From: Zestosphaera tikiterensis
Lineage (GTDB): Archaea > Thermoproteota > Thermoprotei_A > Sulfolobales > NBVN01
Direction of reading: 5' to 3'
NCBI GenBank assembly: GCA_003056265.1
Contig: NBVN01000006.1
Span: 1 to 32,000 of the forward strand
Length of the DNA: 32,000 nt
The notes below the pieces were generated by a model. The model did no database searches and was not told where the DNA came from. It saw nothing but the letters and a program-made list of their open reading frames with translations. The translations under genes and the position numbers were made by a program. Positions 26,929 to 32,000 of the stretch are shown here, in pieces (the first letter of the stretch is position 1; every line of letters starts with the position of its first letter).

Positions 26929-27659
26929 TGGCTAGGGCTGGATTTAAACCTTCTTCGTTGTTTATATACTCGCTTACGATGGCTTCCTTAGCGTTTATAG
27001 GAAGGAGTGTTGAGTTCTTACTTATTCCAGCGGTGGTAAACGGCGTTTTAGGTTTTGGCTTAGGCTCTAGGAAGATAGGCCTTAAATTGCTTGTTGCCTT
27101 AATGATTATCAACGTGTGGGGAGCTTTAATTAACGCTGTCTACTTCTCTAACGTAGGGACTACGTTACTTGATTTAGGATTTATAAAGATTAATTCGGGG
27201 GTGGTTAAAGCTTTCTTAATGGTTAGTCTGAGGTTCTTCTTAGTTGTCGGCTCTACATTGATAATGCTCTCCTTAAGTAACGCTAGAGATTTGATTAAAT
27301 CTTTAGAAAGTGATTTAAGGATTCCTTCAAGTGTGGCTTTCTCCTTAGCTTACGCTTTCAGGTTGTTTCCTTTAATGGCTCGAGATTTTAAGGAGATAAG
27401 CATAGCTAGAGAGGAGAGGGGGTTAAAGACCTTCACCTTAAATCCTAAGCATTTGAAGACGCTTTTAACTCCGTTGCTGTCCGTAGGTTATGAAAGAGCT
27501 TTATGGGCCGGCATCTCATCTGAGGTACGTGGATTAAGCTCTAGACGTAAAGTTAGAAGCAATCGTAACTTAAGTGTGGGTGATTTGCTAATATTTGCGG
27601 CTTTATCCGCTCAGGTTTTGACGGCGTTTCTCACAGAGCTTACGTTAAGGTTGTTTTAG
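26928..27659 (+). CDS. ykoC: ECF transporter transmembrane T component (EcfT/CbiQ, YkoC-like)
   Basis: Polytopic membrane protein. ATG 26928 overlaps the ykoD stop (TGATG). It carries the characteristic Arg-containing helices (AFRLFPLMARDFKEISIAREERG). Confidence 0.8.
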   Translation: MARAGFKPSSLFIYSLTMASLAFIGRSVEFLLIPAVVNGVLGFGLGSRKIGLKLLVALMIINVWGALINAVYFSNVGTTLLDLGFIKINSGVVKAFLMVSLRFFLVVGSTLIMLSLSNARDLIKSLESDLRIPSSVAFSLAYAFRLFPLMARDFKEISIAREERGLKTFTLNPKHLKTLLTPLLSVGYERALWAGISSEVRGLSSRRKVRSNRNLSVGDLLIFAALSAQVLTAFLTELTLRLF

Positions 27660-27736
27660 GTTTTTAGGGTATGCTGTGATAATTAGGTAATTAAAGTTTT
27701 TATTACTTGGTTTTAACATATTATAGGCGATAAGCA

Positions 27737-28279
27737 ATGAGTGTTGGAAGCCGTAAACGCAGCGTTAGGTATACCGGCATAGACTTAGCTTTACTTGCTG
27801 TAACGGCTGTAGTTTCAGGCGTTATATTCACAGCCAACTGGACGTTCTACTACGTTATTGAAGCTTTCGCTGGACCTATAGGGGCTAGGTTGCTAACGTA
27901 CGGGCTTTGGTTTATAGGGGCGCCGCTAGCCGCTTCGTTAGTTAGGAAGCCCGGCTCAGCCCTTCTAGGTGAGTTCCTAGGTGCTTTAGTCGAGACTCTA
28001 ATAGCGCCTCAGGGAGGCATAACCAACGCGATCTACGGCTTCGCTCAAGGCTTAGCTTCAGAGGTCGGTTACGCCGTATTCCTCTACAGGTCTTGGAGTC
28101 TCTTACCTACTGCGTTGGCCGGGTTCTTAGCAGGCATACCAGCAGTCGCTTTAGACGCTATACTCTTTGAAGTTGTTGGAACACCTTTTGAGATGACGTT
28201 ATGGGTGGTTGCGGCTGGTTTAAGCGGACTTATCTACGCCGTAATCGCTAACCTAGCAGTTAAAAACTTAAGGAGATAA
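27737..28279 (+). CDS. ykoE: ECF S component of the YkoE type (thiamine-precursor/HMP-type substrate capture protein)
   Basis: 180 aa. GLWFIGAPLAASLVRKPGSALLGEFLGALVETL closely parallels the YkoE core I recall from Bacillus (GIWF...RKPGAALV.E...ALVE.L). Confidence 0.7.
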   Translation: MSVGSRKRSVRYTGIDLALLAVTAVVSGVIFTANWTFYYVIEAFAGPIGARLLTYGLWFIGAPLAASLVRKPGSALLGEFLGALVETLIAPQGGITNAIYGFAQGLASEVGYAVFLYRSWSLLPTALAGFLAGIPAVALDAILFEVVGTPFEMTLWVVAAGLSGLIYAVIANLAVKNLRR

Positions 28280-28313
28280 TGATAAGTTCTATGAATTACC
28301 TGGTTTTCAACCT

Positions 28314-29210
28314 CTACAAACATTTAAACGCTTTTTTAACCGCCTCTATAGCACTTCCGGCGAAAACGTATATGACTGGCTCTAAACCTACACCGCCTAA
28401 GTCTGCTAGGATCTCAGGCTCTTTAGAATCCACTACAGCCTTCAAATTCTCGAAGAATTTAAGTGGGTTTTCATGAGGTCCTGACTTAACTACCTTATGG
28501 TTTAACTTAGTCAGTTTTTCAACGCATTCCTCACTGTACTTCACCACAACAGCAGCTCTATAATGTCTGTATTTCTTCATAACCGTCAGTAAGACTTCAG
28601 CGGTATGTTTACTACCGCCTAACGTTGGATCACTTACAGCGACGACTTTCTTACCGACTTTAACTATCCTTCCAGTGAATCCAGCTACGTCGTTAACTGT
28701 GGACGCGTTGGGACGTGCGGAAACTATGTTCATACCTACCTCAGGCACTAGTTCATAACCTCTTGGATGTAGGGCAAGTAACTCATAAGCTTTTTTAACG
28801 TCGTCTACGTAAGGGTCTTCAAAAACCGCGAAGAGCTTAACGCAGATATCGCAGTCTCTAGGTATGTCTGGATCTAGTTGGAAGTGTTTTTCACAGAGGG
28901 TTTTCCGCTTAAGGATTAGATTCATATACGACGTTAAGATTCTTAAGAACTCAAGCCTTCTGCCGTTGATGAGGAGTTCGGCTAACATATCAGCTACGGT
29001 GTTTACCTCATCTCGATTTAAACCAACCTCCTCAAGCCCCCTCAAGTAGGTTTCAGGGCTTTCAAGTAGGTATTTACTCACCATAGGTTGTGAGATACCT
29101 AGCAACTTACTTATCTTAAACTGACTAACGCCTTTTGAAGCTAGCTTATGCGCTATTAAACCCTTAACCTCAGGGATCACGTACTTAGACGTCAGTTCTT
29201 GCGGGAGCAA
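28314..29210 (-). CDS. HTH domain fused to a ThiN domain: either a ThiR-type thiamine regulator or a ThiN thiamine-phosphate synthase
   Basis: 298 aa with a TTG start; alternative GTG at 29180. N-terminal HTH (SQFKISKLLGISQPMVSKYL). C-terminal ThiN-like region (PEVGMNIV...VAGFTGRIVKVG...GGSKHTAEVLL). I cannot judge retention of catalytic residues by eye. Confidence 0.7.
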   Translation of the reverse strand: MLPQELTSKYVIPEVKGLIAHKLASKGVSQFKISKLLGISQPMVSKYLLESPETYLRGLEEVGLNRDEVNTVADMLAELLINGRRLEFLRILTSYMNLILKRKTLCEKHFQLDPDIPRDCDICVKLFAVFEDPYVDDVKKAYELLALHPRGYELVPEVGMNIVSARPNASTVNDVAGFTGRIVKVGKKVVAVSDPTLGGSKHTAEVLLTVMKKYRHYRAAVVVKYSEECVEKLTKLNHKVVKSGPHENPLKFFENLKAVVDSKEPEILADLGGVGLEPVIYVFAGSAIEAVKKAFKCL

Positions 29211-29244
29211 CTTAAGCCCTCGTCGAGAGTTGATGCCTTACTAA

Positions 29245-29544
29245 CTATTCAGACCTGCATTCCTTAGGGGGCACTACAAGTGATGGACATTCTAAGCAAC
29301 CCTTCTCTAAATGTTTAACGTGAACGCAGCACGAACCGAAGGCCTCCCCCTTCTCATCCACTAACTTTATGGTTAGGTACTCACCGGAGACCTCAGCCGA
29401 TATGGAGCTAACGGTTCTCGACAACTTACATAGGAGTAACTCATACTCCTTACCTAAGTACGTAAGCTTTATTAAAGCTTCATGATGCTCACCACGCTTC
29501 GTAACTTCCTTAAGCTCCGCTTTAACTTCAGCCAATTTAATCAC
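29245..29544 (-). CDS. Hypothetical small protein with a Cys/His-rich C-terminus
   Basis: 99 aa with a GTG start. C-terminus is GSCCVHVKHLEKGCLECPSLVVPPKEC. It lies 34 nt upstream of the HTH-ThiN gene on the same strand. I recognise no family. Confidence 0.45.
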   Translation of the reverse strand: MIKLAEVKAELKEVTKRGEHHEALIKLTYLGKEYELLLCKLSRTVSSISAEVSGEYLTIKLVDEKGEAFGSCCVHVKHLEKGCLECPSLVVPPKECRSE

Positions 29545-29624
29545 CTATTAATAATAACGTATTAAAAGTAGTTAAGCTTACAATTTAATAAACCGCTTAA
29601 AAACTAAGGTGTTTAGGATGTGTG

Positions 29625-30386
29625 ATGCCGACGCAGGCAATATTCGTGTTAGGACCGGCTGGTTCAGGTAAGACGTCTTTAGTAGGGGGTTTCGGTAGGT
29701 GGGTTGCTGAAGAGTTTAACTTAAGCGTTAGTTTTGTGAATTTAGATCCAGCTGTTGAGCACCTGCCCTACAGCCCAGATTTCGACGTTAGGGATTTCAT
29801 TAGCGTTAAGGATATTATGGTTAAGGAGGGTTTAGGACCTAACGGAGCTATCTTAAGATCTATGGATATGCTTGCTGAGATGTCGGAAGTCATTGTTAAA
29901 GCGCTTAAAAAGCTTAGGTCTGATATTATGTTCGTAGATACTCCAGGTCAGAGTGAGCTTTTCGTTTTTAGAGACTCAGGACCTAAGCTAATTAAGGCGT
30001 TCAAGAGGTTTTCAATACCTATAGCTTTATTTCTAAACGAATCAACCTTAACTCATAAGGTTAAGGAAGCGACTATCACGTATTTAATGAGTTTAATCGT
30101 TAGGTTAAGGCTTGATATTCCAGTACTCCCGGTAGTGAGTAAGAGCGACTTACTAAGCGATACATCAACCCATAATTTCCCAGACGAGTTATCAACCTTA
30201 AGTCTTAAGCTCAGGAGTGAAGGTGAGGACCTACTTTCAGAGTTTATGAATGACTTACTAACGGTTGTGAAGCATTACGCAATACCTACGAGGTTAGTTA
30301 AGGTTTCAGTCATAACGCGTGAGGGGTTTGAAGACTTGTATGCGTTAATACATGAGGTTTTCTGTGCTTGCGGAGATTTAACTTAA
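29625..30386 (+). CDS. GPN-loop GTPase
   Basis: GPAGSGKT (P-loop), GLGPNGA (GPN motif), DTPGQSE (switch II) and SKSD (G4). A GTG at 29622 is the alternative start. Confidence 0.9.
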   Translation: MPTQAIFVLGPAGSGKTSLVGGFGRWVAEEFNLSVSFVNLDPAVEHLPYSPDFDVRDFISVKDIMVKEGLGPNGAILRSMDMLAEMSEVIVKALKKLRSDIMFVDTPGQSELFVFRDSGPKLIKAFKRFSIPIALFLNESTLTHKVKEATITYLMSLIVRLRLDIPVLPVVSKSDLLSDTSTHNFPDELSTLSLKLRSEGEDLLSEFMNDLLTVVKHYAIPTRLVKVSVITREGFEDLYALIHEVFCACGDLT

Positions 30387-30464
30387 GCCACGTTAACGAG
30401 CATGTAAAACAAGGCATTTAACGAGTAAGTTTCTAAGCGTAAAAACGTAGAAATATGCTTGTTG

Positions 30465-30480
30465 AGGTTTTCGTAAACCT
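30465..30480 (+). terminator. Hairpin AGGTTT-TCGT-AAACCT followed by a T-rich/pyrimidine tract; possible terminator
   Basis: Perfect 6-bp stem read directly. TTATTTCTT follows it. It lies about 80 nt downstream of the GPN GTPase stop. Confidence 0.3.
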
Positions 30481-30662
30481 TTATTTCTTACTCTCCTCTC
30501 CTTCTTTCTTTTCCTTCTTCTTTGCGGACTTCTTACAACTCATTTAGAGAGTATTTTATTCCATTATAGTTATTTTAAAAAGTCACCGCCATTACATAGG
30601 GTAATCATTTAAGGTGGAGGTTACGTGCTTATTATCTGATCTTCATTATTTGCTCGGGTAGG

Positions 30663-30956
30663 TTGGCAATGGATATCTACGTAGCTATAGCGTTTGGTGT
30701 TTTAACGGGGTATTTACTAAGTAGGCGTTTCGTACCTAATGGCTTAAGATTTAAAGTTAAGAATTCCTTAGAGATTGCTTTAAATGTTTTGGTGTATCTT
30801 CTGATATTCTTAATAGGTCTGAGGTCTGCTGAAGTCTTGAGCGAGTTCCTCAACAGAGGGGTTGAGTCTGTAGTGCTTGTTCTACTGTCTTCAGCTTTGC
30901 CTTTAATATTCAGCGTTGTTACGGCGTTGATACTTGTTAGAGGTGTTAATGATTGA
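30663..30956 (+). CDS. LysO/DUF340-family membrane protein, small N-terminal-type subunit
   Basis: 97 aa, three TM helices, TTG 30663 or ATG 30669. It overlaps the following DUF340-like gene by 4 nt. The two together (97+205 aa) match the length of single-chain LysO-type proteins. Confidence 0.6.
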   Translation: MAMDIYVAIAFGVLTGYLLSRRFVPNGLRFKVKNSLEIALNVLVYLLIFLIGLRSAEVLSEFLNRGVESVVLVLLSSALPLIFSVVTALILVRGVND

Positions 30957-31570
30957 GTGGTCGTGACTTAAGGTTTTTAAAGAAGCCTTTAAGCGTTTTA
31001 CTTACTCTCGGTTTAGGCGTCCTCGTAGGTTCTTACTTAAGCCTTACTTCAGCTGTTGACGATTTTATTAACTACTTGCTTTTGGCTTTGATTTTCGCGG
31101 CTGGTGTGTTGATAGGCTATGATTTAGAGAGTTCTTTAATTGAATTGCGTAGAAACGTTAGTTACTTATTGCTTCCTGTGGCTACTACGTTAGGCTCGAT
31201 AACTAGCGGTTTATTAATTCACTTAATAACCAACGCCCCTTTAAACTATGTGTTAGCGACTGTGGCCGGTATGGGTTGGTATACGTTCACAGGCAGCTAT
31301 ATAGCGGCGCTTAACCCCTACTACGGCTTTATAGCCTACACTTCAAACATATTGAGGGAGGTTTACACATTCTTAACGTATCACGTACTGCATAGGAGGT
31401 TAGGCATTAAAGCCATAGCGGCCGGCGGCGCTACAACCATGGACACCACCTTACCTCTTATTATGTCTGTCGGCGGTTCTAAAGCGGGTGTGATGGCTTT
31501 CCTACATGGCTTCATAATAACTTTATTGGTGCCCGTGATCGTGCCTGCTTTAGCGCATCTAAACACGTGA
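30953..31570 (+). CDS. LysO/DUF340-family membrane protein, large subunit
   Basis: 205 aa polytopic protein with a TTG start. It has the glycine-rich helices (AGMGWYTFTG, GGATTMDTTLP) that I associate with the lysine-exporter LysO family. Confidence 0.65.
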   Translation: MSGRDLRFLKKPLSVLLTLGLGVLVGSYLSLTSAVDDFINYLLLALIFAAGVLIGYDLESSLIELRRNVSYLLLPVATTLGSITSGLLIHLITNAPLNYVLATVAGMGWYTFTGSYIAALNPYYGFIAYTSNILREVYTFLTYHVLHRRLGIKAIAAGGATTMDTTLPLIMSVGGSKAGVMAFLHGFIITLLVPVIVPALAHLNT

Positions 31571-31624
31571 TTAACTTGAAGAACGTAGAGCTTATTTAGA
31601 CACGTTTAAACCTCTGAAGTCGGG

Positions 31625-32000
31625 GTGAGTGGGTTGGGGTTTGAGGGGTTTATCGCGTCTGCGTTGATCGTTTTTCTAACTGCTTCGTTAATTTTAAGGA
31701 GTAGGTGGCCTTGGATACCTGTCTGGTCTATAATGATGTTCACGTCGTTTATAGCTGTCGCGTCAGGTTTAATCGCGTTTGACGAGGTTGGACGTCACAT
31801 AGATTTAAACGTTATTTTCTTCTTGATAGGTATGTTCAGCATAGTTTCCTTAGCTAACTCCTCAGGACTTCTAGACTTTCTAGCTTACGTAGTAGTCTCT
31901 AAGCTAAAGAGTAGGTGGTCCGCAATCATAACTTCGTCGTTGCTTTTCGGTTTGATGGCTGCTTTCTTAGTTAATGATTCCGTAGCTCTTTTAGGTCCTC
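31625..32000 (+). CDS. ArsB/NhaD-superfamily (citrate/arsenite-transporter-like) permease, N-terminal part (continues beyond the right edge)
   Basis: From GTG 31625 the frame stays open to the window end. Sequence: ...IDLNVIFFLIGMFSIVSLANSSGLLDFLAYVVVSKLKSRWSAIITSSLLFGLMAAFLVNDSVALLGP. This matches the family pattern (ID..T...L.GMM.IV..L..SG.F..LA......LS.FL.ND...LL..P). Confidence 0.65.
   Translation, partial: MSGLGFEGFIASALIVFLTASLILRSRWPWIPVWSIMMFTSFIAVASGLIAFDEVGRHIDLNVIFFLIGMFSIVSLANSSGLLDFLAYVVVSKLKSRWSAIITSSLLFGLMAAFLVNDSVALLGP

Noticed and set aside
1-32000. Screen for CRISPR arrays, IS or transposase genes, integrases, rRNA and canonical tRNA genes.
   Set aside because: I noticed no regularly spaced direct repeats, no DDE, serine or tyrosine recombinase-like ORFs, and no GGTTCGAAT-type T-arms in a foldable context on either strand. 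A manual scan could miss divergent or intron-containing tRNAs.

Overview
This window looks like archaeal chromosomal DNA, probably from a crenarchaeon of the Thermoproteales type, and is moderately AT-rich by eye. The taxon call rests on several features:
- GPN-loop GTPase, HTH-ThiN protein and an AbrB-PhoU fusion
- solute-binding proteins with Ser/Thr-rich linkers and terminal membrane anchors
- many GTG/TTG starts, with TATA-like boxes close to the start codons

I saw no rRNA, tRNA, CRISPR array, transposase or integrase. Gene content is mostly housekeeping and transport. In window order:
- thiM 5' end
- a decayed Cu-type P1B-ATPase locus (copA)
- CDF and MgtE cation transporters
- folE, an orphan MoaD-like protein, an M20 peptidase and RidA
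- a VapBC toxin-antitoxin pair
- a start-less small ORF, a B12-domain radical SAM protein and a FucI-like protein
- moaD-moaE and an aldo/keto reductase
- a phosphate island: AbrB-PhoU divergent from pstSCAB-phoU, a peptide ABC importer without ATPase genes, then PiT plus a DUF47 protein
- a ykoD-ykoC-ykoE ECF importer next to an HTH-ThiN (ThiR-like) gene
- GPN GTPase, a split LysO/DUF340 pair and the 5' end of an ArsB/NhaD-type permease

The items most worth a second look are:
- the multi-lesion copA pseudogene
- a promoter-preceded, GC-rich, hairpin-rich non-coding segment at about 231-351
- a perfect 11+11 bp palindrome upstream of thiM, a candidate ThiR operator
- a 78-codon stop-free stretch with no start codon in front of the radical SAM gene
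- the AbrB-PhoU/pst divergent promoter

I found nothing I could defend as a clearly novel multi-gene system. All functional calls come from motif recognition by eye, not from searches.
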